Source: an uncultured Acidobacteriota bacterium (GTDB taxonomy: Bacteria > Acidobacteriota > Vicinamibacteria > Vicinamibacterales > UBA8438). From it: a stretch of DNA of 64,000 nt. The stretch spans positions 64,001-128,000 of the forward strand of contig CAJWLU010000010.1 in the NCBI GenBank assembly GCA_913043225.1, read 5' to 3'. Of the stretch, positions 46,503 through 56,693 are shown one piece after another (the first letter of the stretch is position 1; each line of letters starts with the position of its first letter). Both the position numbers and the translations under genes were made by a program. The notes beneath the pieces are model-generated. The model was given only the letters and a program-made list of their open reading frames with translations, made no database searches and was not told where the DNA came from.

Positions 46503-49028
46503 ATGACGAGAAGAGCCATGGGCTGGAAGACATCCCTTGTCGTCGTCACCGCCGCCGGCTGCCTGCTGAGTCCGCTGGCCGGTGGACGCATTCGCGCGGC
46601 AGGCTCGAATGCCGCTCAGAGCGCCGCGGCGGCGGCTGAGGACCACCGCGGCCTGCTCGATCGGTATTGCGTGAGCTGTCACAACGAGCGTCTGCTCACA
46701 GGCGGGCTTGCGCTCGATACGGCGGACGTGGCCAGGGCGGGCGCCGAGCCCGAGGTCTGGGAGCGTGTCATCCGGAAACTGCGTCTCAACGCGATGCCGC
46801 CGCCCGGTCGGCCGCGACCCGACGCTGATGCGACCCAGGCGCTCGTCTCGTTCCTGAAGACGGAGATCGATCAGGCAGCGGCCGCGAATCCCAATCCCGG
46901 GAGAGTCGACACCATTCACCGGCTGAATCGCGCCGAGTACAAGAACGCCATCCGCGACCTCTTGCTGGTGGACGTCGACGTCACCTCGCTGCTGCCGGCG
47001 GACGACAGCGACCGCCACGGTTTCGACAACATGGCCAGCATGCTGTCCGTTTCGCCGACGCTCATCGAGCGGTACCTCTCGGCTGCGAAGAAGATCAGCC
47101 GGGTCGCCGTCGGGGTCGCGAGCGGCGGGACGTCGCGCCAGACGTACCAGGCGGTCGCCTACGAGGTCCCCGAGGACTGGACCAACGCCAGCGACGAGCT
47201 GCCGTTCGGATCGCGCGGTGGGGTGGCCGTGCGCCACACGTTCCCTGTGGACGCCACCTACGAGATCGCGGTGCGGCTAAAGCGGAACGGCTACGACTAC
47301 ATCATGGGATCGGCCGAACCGCATCAGCTCGAGATCCGCATCGACGGCGTGCGCGTCGGCCAGTTCACCGTCGGGGGTGAGGACAAGGGCACCCCCGCGC
47401 CACTTGGCTTTGCCGGAAACCTCCCGGGATCGCAAGAGTGGGCGCTCTACATGACGACGCTCGACGAGCAATTGCGGGTCCCCGTACCTGTCACTGCTGG
47501 CGCGCATGTCGTGGGCGTGTCATGGGTCTCGCGGACGACTGCGCCGGAAGGTGTCCGTCAACGGCCCGTGACGGTGAATTCGAACACCCTGACGTGGGAC
47601 AACCCGTACGGCAATCCGGTGGTCGAGAACATCAAGATCGACGGTCCGTATGACACCTCGGGCGTGTCAGAGACGCCGAGCCGTCAACGGCTGTTCGTCT
47701 GCCGTCCGGAGGGCGCCACAGACGAGGTCGCCTGCGCGCGAGAGATTCTGTCGCGGGTCGCGCTGCGTGCCTACCGCCGGCCCGTCACCGACGCCGAGGT
47801 AGATATACTCGTCGGCTTCTTCGAGGCGGGCCGTGGCACGAGTTTCGACGCTGGCATTGGGCTGGCGCTCGAGCGGGTCCTCACCGATCCGAACTTCCTG
47901 TTCCGCATCGAACAGGATCCAGACAACCTCGGGTCGGGTACGGCGTATCGCCTCAGCGATCTCGAGCTCGCATCGAGGCTCTCGTTCTTCCTCTGGAGCA
48001 GCATTCCCGACGACGAACTCCTCGACCTGGCCGTGCGGGAGCGGTTGCACCAACCGGACGTGCTCGTCCAGCAAGTGCAGCGCATGGTGGCCGACCCGCG
48101 GGCGAGCGCGCTCGTGGAAAACTTCGCGGGCCAGTGGCTGCAGCTACGCAACCTCGCCAACGTCGCACCGAACACCCGGGCGTTCCGGGCGTTCGACGAG
48201 TTGCTGCGCCACTCGCTCCGGCGGGAGACCGAGCTGTTCGTCGAATCCAACATGCGGGAGGACCGGAGCCTGCTCGAGCTGTTGACTGCAGACTATTCGT
48301 TCATCAATGGACGGCTGGCCCGACACTACGGGATCCCAGACGTCTATGGCGAACAGTTCCGGCGCGTCACGTTTTCCGAAGACACGGACCGTGGCGGGTT
48401 GCTCGGCCAGGGCAGCATTCTGACGCTCACGTCCTATCCGACGCGCACGTCACCGGTCGTGCGAGGCAAATGGCTGCTCGAGAACATTCTGGGAAGTCCG
48501 CCCCCGCCCCCGCCGCCTGAAGTCCCTGGTCTGCCAGACAGGGGTGCAGGGGGCCAGCCGGCGTCCGTGCGCGAGCGGCTCGAGCTGCACCGGGAGAACC
48601 CAGTGTGCGCAACGTGTCACTCGCAACTGGATCCCCTCGGGTTCGCGCTCGAACACTTCGACGGCATCGGCACGTTCCGGAGCGTGAGCGAGGCCGGCGC
48701 CCCGGTGGATGCGAAGGGCGCGTTTCCGACCGGCGAGGAGTTCGAAGGGCTTGGAGGACTGCGGTCATTCATCCTCGGCCACCGTGAAGCGTTCGTGGAG
48801 ACGTTCATTGAGAAGCTCCTGGCGTACGCCCTGGGGCGCGAGCTCGAAGTCTTTGATTTGCCGACGGTCAGGCAAATCCAGCAACAGGCGGCGTCCACCG
48901 ACTATCGGTGGTCGTCCATCGTCACGGGCATCGTGACGAGCCCGCCATTCGGCATGCGAACGGCACGAGACACCGAAGAGGCACGAGTGGCAGGATCGAC
49001 GCCCTCGGCCGGCGGCGCTGTCCGGTAG
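46503..49028 (+). CDS. DUF1592-family protein (cytochrome c plus DUF1587/1595/1592/1588/1585)
   Basis: CVSCHN..MPP, HRLNRAEYKNAIRDL, LASRLSFFLWSSIPD, RTSPVVRGKW, CATCH..DPLGFALE. Confidence 0.92.
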   Translation: MTRRAMGWKTSLVVVTAAGCLLSPLAGGRIRAAGSNAAQSAAAAAEDHRGLLDRYCVSCHNERLLTGGLALDTADVARAGAEPEVWERVIRKLRLNAMPPPGRPRPDADATQALVSFLKTEIDQAAAANPNPGRVDTIHRLNRAEYKNAIRDLLLVDVDVTSLLPADDSDRHGFDNMASMLSVSPTLIERYLSAAKKISRVAVGVASGGTSRQTYQAVAYEVPEDWTNASDELPFGSRGGVAVRHTFPVDATYEIAVRLKRNGYDYIMGSAEPHQLEIRIDGVRVGQFTVGGEDKGTPAPLGFAGNLPGSQEWALYMTTLDEQLRVPVPVTAGAHVVGVSWVSRTTAPEGVRQRPVTVNSNTLTWDNPYGNPVVENIKIDGPYDTSGVSETPSRQRLFVCRPEGATDEVACAREILSRVALRAYRRPVTDAEVDILVGFFEAGRGTSFDAGIGLALERVLTDPNFLFRIEQDPDNLGSGTAYRLSDLELASRLSFFLWSSIPDDELLDLAVRERLHQPDVLVQQVQRMVADPRASALVENFAGQWLQLRNLANVAPNTRAFRAFDELLRHSLRRETELFVESNMREDRSLLELLTADYSFINGRLARHYGIPDVYGEQFRRVTFSEDTDRGGLLGQGSILTLTSYPTRTSPVVRGKWLLENILGSPPPPPPPEVPGLPDRGAGGQPASVRERLELHRENPVCATCHSQLDPLGFALEHFDGIGTFRSVSEAGAPVDAKGAFPTGEEFEGLGGLRSFILGHREAFVETFIEKLLAYALGRELEVFDLPTVRQIQQQAASTDYRWSSIVTGIVTSPPFGMRTARDTEEARVAGSTPSAGGAVR

Positions 49029-49055
49029 GAGCAACTCGACAGGAGACACTCGGTC

Positions 49056-50372
49056 ATGTATATCTCGAAGCTTTCGATGCCGCGACGTACGTTCCTGCGG
49101 GGCGTCGGCACCGCGATGGCGCTCCCTCTCCTGGACGCGATGGTTCCGGCGCTGACGGCAACGGCGCAGACCGCCGCGAAACCGGTGAAGCGTTTCGGTG
49201 TCGTGTACGTCCCGAACGGTCTGACGATGGCCGCCTGGACGCCGAAAGCGACCGGGGCCGCATTCGAGCTGACGCCCATCTTGCAGCCGATGGCGCCATT
49301 TCAGGAACAGATGCTCCTCGTATCTGGCCTCAATGGCGCCGGTGGCTTCGGGCATACCGGCGCCTCGACGGAGTTCCTGACCGGCATCAAAGTGGGCACC
49401 CGCGATCCGGATGCCGCCGGGCCGTCAGTCGATCAGCTCATCGCGGCCGAGACCGGGAAGGAGACGCAGCTGGCGTCGCTCGAATTGTCGATCGATCCGC
49501 GCGACAACACCGGTACCTGCGATGGGCACAGCTGCGCGCTGAGCAACACCATCTCGTGGCGATCGTCGACGGTGCTGCTCCCGATGGAGAACGATCCCCG
49601 CGTCGTCTTCGAACGACTGTTTGGTGACAGTGGCACGACCGATCCCGCGGTGCGCCGGGAACGACTCCAGTTCGATCGCAGCATCCTCGATTCGGTCACG
49701 ACCGCTGCGGCGGACTTGCAGCGCGGCCTTGGCGAGGGCGACCGCCAGCGGATTGTCGAATACCTGGATTCGGTTCGAGACGTCGAGCGGCGGATTCAGC
49801 GCGCCACAGAGCAAAGCACGCGCGAGCTGCCCCTCGTCTCACAGCCCGATGGCATCCCGCAGCGGTTCGACGAACATGCCGGGCTCATGTTCGACCTGCA
49901 GGCGCTGGCCTTCCAGAGCGACCTGACCCGCGTGTCGACCTTCATGCTGGGCCGCGAATTCAGCGCTCGGACGTTCCCCGAGATCGGCGTGTCCGAAGCG
50001 CACCATCCGCTCTCGCACCACCAGAACGTCCCGGGCCAGATCGAGAAGATCACGAAGGTCAATACGTATCAGATGAGCGTGTTTGCGTCGCATGTGGAGA
50101 AGCTGCGCTCCACGCCGGACGGCGACGGCTCGCTGCTCGACCACACCGTAATGCTGTATGGCGCCGGAATGAGCGAAGGCAACACGCACGACCACTCGAA
50201 CCTGCCGCTGATGCTCGTGGGTGGAAAAGACCTCGTCCGCGGCGGCCGTCACCTGATGTTCGAGGGCGATCCTGCCGCGAATCTGTTGCTCTCGATCGCA
50301 GATAGGATGGATGTGCCGATCGAGCAGCTCGGGAACAGCCGCGGCAAGCTGGAGCTCGACACCCTGCTGTAG
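49056..50372 (+). CDS. DUF1552 (HXXSHH) protein
   Basis: RRTFLRG..LPLLDAM, YVPNG, HHPLSHH, DGSLLD; CAGGAG RBS. Confidence 0.92.
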   Translation: MYISKLSMPRRTFLRGVGTAMALPLLDAMVPALTATAQTAAKPVKRFGVVYVPNGLTMAAWTPKATGAAFELTPILQPMAPFQEQMLLVSGLNGAGGFGHTGASTEFLTGIKVGTRDPDAAGPSVDQLIAAETGKETQLASLELSIDPRDNTGTCDGHSCALSNTISWRSSTVLLPMENDPRVVFERLFGDSGTTDPAVRRERLQFDRSILDSVTTAAADLQRGLGEGDRQRIVEYLDSVRDVERRIQRATEQSTRELPLVSQPDGIPQRFDEHAGLMFDLQALAFQSDLTRVSTFMLGREFSARTFPEIGVSEAHHPLSHHQNVPGQIEKITKVNTYQMSVFASHVEKLRSTPDGDGSLLDHTVMLYGAGMSEGNTHDHSNLPLMLVGGKDLVRGGRHLMFEGDPAANLLLSIADRMDVPIEQLGNSRGKLELDTLL

Positions 50373-50633
50373 CTCGCAACGACCGGTCGGCCGTACATTC
50401 AGTCTCTTAGCCTGAACGCGTACAAGGCGTTGCCGCTCCGCGGGTGGCGAATCTCCGGCGCGAGCGACGCCGGGGACAGCCGCGGGCTTCCGCCCCCAAG
50501 CCCCGTCGACACCACGACATACTGCGTGCCGCCACTGCGAGTGGCAACGGGGCAAGCCCGTGCTGCCACTGCTACGTCTGAGACCCACTTCGATGGCAGA
50601 TACTACGCCCCCGCTCACGCGGGCGCATGAGCG

Positions 50634-51557
50634 TCAGCGCCCCACGAAATCCAGAAGAGCCGGCACGATTACCTCGTGTGCGTCTTCCTGGACGTAGTGA
50701 CCAGCGTCTGGGATTCTCGTGACCTCGGCATCAGGAAACGTGGCTAACCACACCTCATCGAGCATTTCCGGGGTGAAGCCCCAGTCCTTCATGGCCCACA
50801 TGATTCGCACAGGTTTGGTCCGGAAGTGTTCTTTTAGTTTCTCCTCGATGTCACCGTTCATGTCCGCCACCGGTCCTTCCGGACCTGATGGGATCTCACG
50901 GGGAAACACGAGGATGGCCGTTCGCGTCGACCATGACGGGTGCGGCGCGAGGTACGCCGCCTTGACATCGCTAGTAAAACGGTCGGCTTTGATGATCGCG
51001 AACGGGAGAAATACCCTCACGAACATATGGAGACCCTTCACCATCAGCTCGCCGATGCCGGCCGCACGGAACAACTTGAGCGGTGCGAGCAGCTTCACCG
51101 GCCCAGGAGGTCGATGGGTGATGGTATTGAGAATGAATAGCCCGCTGACCCGTTCCTGGTGACGAGTGGCCCACCACAACGAGATCGGTCCGCCCCAGTC
51201 TTGGCACACCACAGTCGCATCGTGAAGGTCGAGCGACTCCAGCAGTTCGGTCATTCGGGCGGCGTGCTTGGGTACGGTGTAGAGTTTCGCGTCGTCGGGT
51301 TTGTCCGACCGACCGAAGCCGAGATGATCTGGCACGATCGCTCGGTGGCCCGCTTTTGCCAAGCTGTCTATGAAGTGTCGGTACAGGTAGCCCCACGTCG
51401 GATTACCGTGTACCAGCACGACGGGTTTGCCATCGGCCGGACCGACGTCGACGTAGTGCATCTGTCCATCCGCAGACTCGAACCACTTCGGCTCGTAAGG
51501 CCAGGAACCACCGAACGTCCAATCAACGCCCACCGTGCCAGGATTACTGCGTTCCAT
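50634..51557 (-). CDS. Haloalkane dehalogenase-like alpha/beta hydrolase
   Basis: MHYVDVG, HGNPTW, PDHLGFGRSDKP, QDWGG, AGHYVQED. Confidence 0.88.
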   Translation of the reverse strand: MERSNPGTVGVDWTFGGSWPYEPKWFESADGQMHYVDVGPADGKPVVLVHGNPTWGYLYRHFIDSLAKAGHRAIVPDHLGFGRSDKPDDAKLYTVPKHAARMTELLESLDLHDATVVCQDWGGPISLWWATRHQERVSGLFILNTITHRPPGPVKLLAPLKLFRAAGIGELMVKGLHMFVRVFLPFAIIKADRFTSDVKAAYLAPHPSWSTRTAILVFPREIPSGPEGPVADMNGDIEEKLKEHFRTKPVRIMWAMKDWGFTPEMLDEVWLATFPDAEVTRIPDAGHYVQEDAHEVIVPALLDFVGR

Positions 51558-52088
51558 GGGACACCGTGATAGCGAATAGTCTTAAGCTCTGAGCGACACG
51601 TTTACCCACCATCTACATTTATGGTCACAACATTCGTAACGAAAGTCGACACCTAGTCGTTTGGGTGGCGCATTACTGACAGCAGTCGCCAGTTGGGCTT
51701 GGGCGGGGCGCCCTTGCCGGTCTTGAACCACCGGACGGGCCCACAGTACAATCGAAGCACATTACATCGTCTCGGCCGGAGACAGTTCTATGATCGATTG
51801 TCTCCGGTCCGTCGCCGTATCGACGCTTCGCAGAAGCTACTGTGGAGGTATCTCGGCGTGGGCCGAGTATGAGGGTGCCGTCGTACAGGCCAGCCTGCAA
51901 AGCATGTTGGTCCGAGGCGAAGGGGTCTCTCGAGACGACACTTAAAGCATCGTTGCGAGTTGGCACGAACTGCCAGCATTTTGCTGGACGGGCGCGAGGT
52001 ATCAGGTTCGGGACAGGACTCAATCTGGTTCGAAGGCTGGTTCAGAAACTTCGGTCAACGCGTTTCGATTTACGAGAGGGAAAAGGAA

Positions 52089-52472
52089 ATGTCAGATCCA
52101 GTTGGAGAGTTCAACCTAAAGAATACGGCCATTGGTTTCAATACGACTGCGGATGGTCAGCTTCAACAAACCGTGGACTTTGAAGGTACAGCGACCGGTT
52201 TTGGTGGGGTCTTCGGAACCTTAATAATCACGCAACCGCTTGCCGAGGCGGGAGCGACCGGCGGACCGTGCGCATGGGCGGGGAAAGCGCTCCTCGACGA
52301 CAACTCGATCTTGGGCGGCATCGGAGAAGGAACGTGGGAACAGATCGGTAGTGAGTCCCGGTTCAAGGTGTCGATGATTATCAACATATCGGATGGTGGG
52401 AAGCTTCGCAGTGAGGGCGTGATTGACCACGGGGCACGCAGCTACAGCGGACACCTTTACGACGCGTCGTGA
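52089..52472 (+). CDS. Hypothetical beta-rich protein
   Basis: Purine-rich RBS, ATG 52089; resembles 60191..60574. Confidence 0.75.
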   Translation: MSDPVGEFNLKNTAIGFNTTADGQLQQTVDFEGTATGFGGVFGTLIITQPLAEAGATGGPCAWAGKALLDDNSILGGIGEGTWEQIGSESRFKVSMIINISDGGKLRSEGVIDHGARSYSGHLYDAS

Positions 52473-52565
52473 ATGCCGCGCAGGCGTGTCGTCTCTCGAT
52501 GTCGGTTCCCGGCATTGATGTCGCCACGATCGGGTAGTGACGTCTTATTCACAAAGGAGAACAAC

Positions 52566-52856
52566 ATGAAGTTCCTCGTTACGTATTCCAGTGCCCCCAA
52601 CGTCAGAGAAGAAGGCTACAAAGCGTTTGCTCAAATGTCTGATGCGGACGACGCTGCTGATCATCCAGGCGTGACCCTCATCGGTCGATGGCACAATCTT
52701 GGCCAGGGGTCTGGCGTCGCAATCTGCGAAAGTGATGATGCGGCAGCGGTTCATGCATGGGCATTCAACTGGAACAAGATCCTGGATGTTGACGTCGCCC
52801 CGGTGCTCGACGATGACGAGTGCAGATCTCTGGTCAGGGCCAAACTAGGACTCTAG
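52566..52856 (+). CDS. DUF3303-like protein
   Basis: AAGGAG RBS; MKFLVTY..GVTLIGRWH..G..ICESDD..W..PVLDD. Confidence 0.82.
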   Translation: MKFLVTYSSAPNVREEGYKAFAQMSDADDAADHPGVTLIGRWHNLGQGSGVAICESDDAAAVHAWAFNWNKILDVDVAPVLDDDECRSLVRAKLGL

Positions 52857-53447
52857 CTGAGCGCTTATCGCCGGAACCAATCGCTGCGGGACAAGCCGAC
52901 CGGCCTGGCGTCGCTCGCCAACGACCACGAGATCTTGAAGGACTGAGTCGATCATTCGTCCGATCTGAATGGCCTGGTAACGCCGGCGTTCTTGCGCCGT
53001 TGTGCGACCGGCGAGCTCGATGTAGTCAGAACGCTAGTCACCAGCTGGCAGGACGTTCAGCAACCATGACGTCTGGTCTTTCAAGGGGGTAAGGGGAGCG
53101 AGGCCGGCTCGTCGTCGCTTGCGACCGCCTGGGCCACGACCGCGAAGTGACGAGGAACAAGGTGTTTGGCTGCAGGTCTAGCAGGCCAGAGTCACTCACT
53201 CCACCGCGAAGTGGAGGCGCTTGACCGGGCGATTGCCATTGTTGGTGGGAAGCCGTTACTAAGCTCGGTAATAGATGGCGGACGACTGCAGCCGCCACAC
53301 ACTTAAGGGCGCTTAAGGCCTGGGCAGGTCGAAGCGTACTTGCGATGAATCGTCGGTTAATCCGTTCGGTAATTGTGTATGGCTGGCGCCAGTAAGTGGC
53401 TCTCCCTAGCGGAGGCATGAATCTGACAGAGCGGTGGGAGGCAGAAG

Positions 53448-53903
53448 ATGAGAGCAACGATCGCCACGGTATTCATATGTGTCATTGCTGCGTTTTCGGC
53501 GACGACAGCGTCGAGTCAGCAGTTGTCGCCTGATCAGCAAGAAGTATGGGAATTCATTGAGTCGTGCCAGGGTCGATGGGGCAGTGAAGAATGGTTTGAT
53601 TGCTTTCACGAAGACTTCGCTGGCTGGCTGTACACAGACTTAGTGCCGCGCACCAAGGACGGAGAGCGCAAGTTTTCACGCGCCTTGTTTGAGACAACCG
53701 AAACGCGGGTGCAGGACTTGCGACCGATTGCGATCCGCGTGCATGGAGATACGGCAGTCGCGCACTATTACTTGCAGACCGTGGTCAGAGGTCAGGACGG
53801 CCAGGATATCGAGGAACGAGTTCGGTTTACCGACGTGTTGATAAAAGAGAACGGCCTCTGGAGATGGATCGCTGATCACGGTGGTCCGGTCATAGTGAAG
53901 TAA
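53448..53903 (+). CDS. Secreted NTF2/SnoaL-like (DUF4440) protein
   Basis: GGGAGG RBS; signal peptide; FHEDF, IRVHGDTAVAHY, RFTDVLIKENGLW..H. Confidence 0.85.
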   Translation: MRATIATVFICVIAAFSATTASSQQLSPDQQEVWEFIESCQGRWGSEEWFDCFHEDFAGWLYTDLVPRTKDGERKFSRALFETTETRVQDLRPIAIRVHGDTAVAHYYLQTVVRGQDGQDIEERVRFTDVLIKENGLWRWIADHGGPVIVK

Positions 53904-53923
53904 GTCGTCGAGGAACCGGAGCG

Positions 53924-55042
53924 ATGCGAACGGTTGCCAGAGCTGCGTTGAGCGCGATTGTCTTCGCGGTTGCGGCCTTCCCCGCAAAGCTGAGTCTGGC
54001 ACAGCCAGTTGCTCTCAGCGATGAGGAAGTCATCGCGCGCACGATGGCCGTTATCGACTGGGCAATGGACAGGGAGGGTGCCGTCGGCTTGTCTGTCGCG
54101 CTTGCTCGAGGCGGAGATGTGCTTGTCGAAGAGGGCGCCGGCATCGCCGATCTTGAGTTCGGTATCCCAGCAGATCATGAGACAGCCTTTCGGATTGGAT
54201 CCCTGACCAAGCAGTTCACGGCGGCAGCGATCATGAAACTGGTTGAGCAGGACAAGCTGTCACTTGATAGTGACATCAGCGACTATTTGCCGACCTTCGA
54301 CAAGGGCCAACGTGAAATCACGATCCGACAATTGCTCAATCACACCTCTGGTGTGCCGAGCTACACGAGCCAACCGGAGTTTTTCCCGAAAGGATCGCCG
54401 CTGGACCTGACTCACGATGAGCTGCTTGAGTTCGTCAAGGGCGTTTCTTTCGATTTCGAGCCAGGAAAAGGTTGGAATTATTCGAATACCGGTTACTACC
54501 TGCTCGGCATGATCATAGAGGCCGCTGGCGAGCGACCCTATCCTAGTTATGTCGACGAGGAGCTATTCGAGCCGCTCGGATTGACGCGGACGTTCTATGG
54601 CTCCGAGCGCACGGTCATCCCCAATCGAGCGCAGGGCTACGATTTCGATCAGGCTACGGGAACATACTTCAATGATGCACTGATTTCGATGAATACGCCT
54701 GGCGCCGCCGGCGCATTGACGGCGTCAGCCGGAGATCTCGTGCGCTGGACCATCGCACTGACTGGCGGCCGCGCAGTAGAGCCAGAATCATACGAAGAAA
54801 TGATTACGTCGACGGTGGAGACTGGTCAGGGGTCGGCGCGGTACGGTTTTGGCTTGATGATCGACGAAGCCAACGGCGTTAGAAGAATCTCGCACACTGG
54901 GGGCATTCCAGGGTTCAACAGCATACTGGCGACATTGCCAGATGCGGACGTTCACCTGGCCGTTATTTCGAATAGCAGCGCACTGTCTAGCGGTGTTGTA
55001 GTCGGGAGTATTGTCAGGGCCTTGAGATTGTCGGTGCCTTGA
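53924..55042 (+). CDS. Serine hydrolase, beta-lactamase/peptidase S12 family
   Basis: FRIGSLTK (SxxK), LLNHTSG, YSN, HTG. Confidence 0.93.
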   Translation: MRTVARAALSAIVFAVAAFPAKLSLAQPVALSDEEVIARTMAVIDWAMDREGAVGLSVALARGGDVLVEEGAGIADLEFGIPADHETAFRIGSLTKQFTAAAIMKLVEQDKLSLDSDISDYLPTFDKGQREITIRQLLNHTSGVPSYTSQPEFFPKGSPLDLTHDELLEFVKGVSFDFEPGKGWNYSNTGYYLLGMIIEAAGERPYPSYVDEELFEPLGLTRTFYGSERTVIPNRAQGYDFDQATGTYFNDALISMNTPGAAGALTASAGDLVRWTIALTGGRAVEPESYEEMITSTVETGQGSARYGFGLMIDEANGVRRISHTGGIPGFNSILATLPDADVHLAVISNSSALSSGVVVGSIVRALRLSVP

Positions 55043-55164
55043 GTTCCGCAGAGGCGGATCTACGGTTAGTCACGGTACCCATCAGAGTGCCAGTACCGCC
55101 CCAGTTTCCCGTCGCGGATGGGGTGACTCCACCTCCGGTGTATCTCAGCCGCCAACGTCACAAG

Positions 55165-55554
55165 CTAAGCCCCCGTCCAACCACCGTCGACCAGATACAT
55201 AGCACCATTGCAGTACGTCGATTCATCAGAACCCAAGAACAACGCCAAGTTGGCCGCTTCTCCGTTGCTGGCGTCTCTCTTCATTGGCACCATGCCTGAG
55301 AGTTGAGTTCGCAGTCCTAAGGGGTCCTCTGGAGACAGCTGGCTTTCCAGCGACGCGGTCATCCTGTTGTCGACCGGACCCGGCCCGATCACATTGACGC
55401 GAATACCTGCCTCGCCAAATTCAAGACACGCCGTCTTCACGAGACCGAACACAGCGTGCTTGCTTGCAATGCAAGGACTAAGCCCAGGAAATCCAATCAT
55501 TCCAGTGATTACGTGGAAGACGCCCGTGGCGTGAAAGCCCCGAGCGTCTTCCAA
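55165..55554 (-). pseudogene. Short-chain dehydrogenase C-terminal remnant
   Basis: SPCIASKHAV (catalytic Tyr replaced by Cys), IRVNVIGPG, VDGGW; Rossmann N-terminus missing. Confidence 0.8.
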
Positions 55555-55573
55555 AGTCTAGCGTAACGTCTAC

Positions 55574-56305
55574 CTAATTGCTTCGTTGGTGGATTAAGTA
55601 CGATGCCCACAGCGAACCGATACTGCAGCTTATCGGGTTGTCAGGATTTTGTGGCTGGGTGTTCTGTTGAAGTCTGTCAAACGCCGCGCCAAATTCGGGG
55701 AAGCTCGGAAAAAACAATCTCATGCCCACCTGTGAGTTGAACGGGATGCTGGGTCCACCGAAGTTGCGGCTGACTACCGCGGCGCCGGCACCGGCATTTT
55801 GTCCGAAAGCATTTGCCAAGGTCACCGCATCGGCAACAGTGGCACCATTTAAGTCACAGCCGAACGAAACGACAGCCGTCAATGGAGGTATAGACCCTGC
55901 TCCTCCAGGCGGAGGATTGGCGAATCTAACAGAAGATATCCTGACGTTCTCACTACAGGTAGCTACTCCGTTCAAGCCTCGGCGCCCATTGCTATCTGCC
56001 CGTTGCTGCAAGAAGTTGCCTCGCTTTTCGATCATATCTGAGAAGCTCGGGTAGTAAGCGTCAATGAGAAAGTCCCACTCGGGACTATTTGCGGCAGCCA
56101 CCTTGGATCGCATCATGACAGCGCCTGGAGCTGTGTCTTCAGACCACTCAAAGCTCCTCGCTGTCTCAACTACGTCTGCCATGGTATAGCCAGAGTTGAT
56201 AGTGCAGGCCATTGTTCGTGTTGCAAGCACATTGCCCTGTGCGGACGCAAAAGATGCACCCAGACATAACGTCAAGGTTGTGGTAACGGTGATAACACTC
56301 TTCAT
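55574..56305 (-). CDS. Secreted four-Cys two-domain hypothetical protein (paralog 1)
   Basis: AAGGAG RBS, ATG 56305; signal peptide; homologous to 58231..58941 and 58968..59711. Confidence 0.85.
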   Translation of the reverse strand: MKSVITVTTTLTLCLGASFASAQGNVLATRTMACTINSGYTMADVVETARSFEWSEDTAPGAVMMRSKVAAANSPEWDFLIDAYYPSFSDMIEKRGNFLQQRADSNGRRGLNGVATCSENVRISSVRFANPPPGGAGSIPPLTAVVSFGCDLNGATVADAVTLANAFGQNAGAGAAVVSRNFGGPSIPFNSQVGMRLFFPSFPEFGAAFDRLQQNTQPQNPDNPISCSIGSLWASYLIHQRSN

Positions 56306-56437
56306 GAAGTGGCTCCTTAATTGCTTAGTCAGTGATTGGGCAGAGCGGCGGCACGCTGTTGTTGGCGATGGCACATAGTGCCCAAGCTCGTAGTCTTTTT
56401 TGCTAGATGAAATCTCGTTGTCCGAGAGTGGTGTTGT

Positions 56438-56468
56438 TGGTCAGCACTTGCGTGCAAAGTGCTGACCA
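56438..56468. repeat. Perfect 12-bp inverted repeat
   Basis: TGGTCAGCACTT-GCGTGCA-AAGTGCTGACCA. Confidence 0.85.
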
Positions 56469-56693
56469 GGGTCGAATAAATAGAGAGTGAATCTATATTA
56501 TAGCGCACTCTGTGCTTTGGTCGGCTGTCGGTGTTAGATAAGAGTTTTTAGAGTAGCTCGACGAAGCTAGACGCTGTTTTTACGACTGGGAGGCGGTGCA
56601 CCTGTGGTAAGTCACCGGGCAGTCGCACCCCGCGAGGGTCTCACTGGGGCAGGCTAACGTCTCCTTGGCGGCTGCTGTTGAGCCCGTTAGGAT

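Noticed and set aside
44861..46591. 576-aa minus-strand ORF, and similar long ORFs such as 14435..15397, 15394..16380, 24677..25708 and 30140..31180
   Set aside because: Antisense or alternate-frame shadows of well-supported genes, expected in high-GC DNA; no motifs.
52857..53447. Genes or RNA in long spacers (also 51560-52080, 59770-60190, 60575-60845)
   Set aside because: Short ORFs lack RBS, motifs and coding-like composition; no convincing structure found.
53924..55042. Antibiotic-resistance beta-lactamase
   Set aside because: SxxK/YxN/HTG fits the broad S12 peptidase/esterase family; resistance cannot be inferred.
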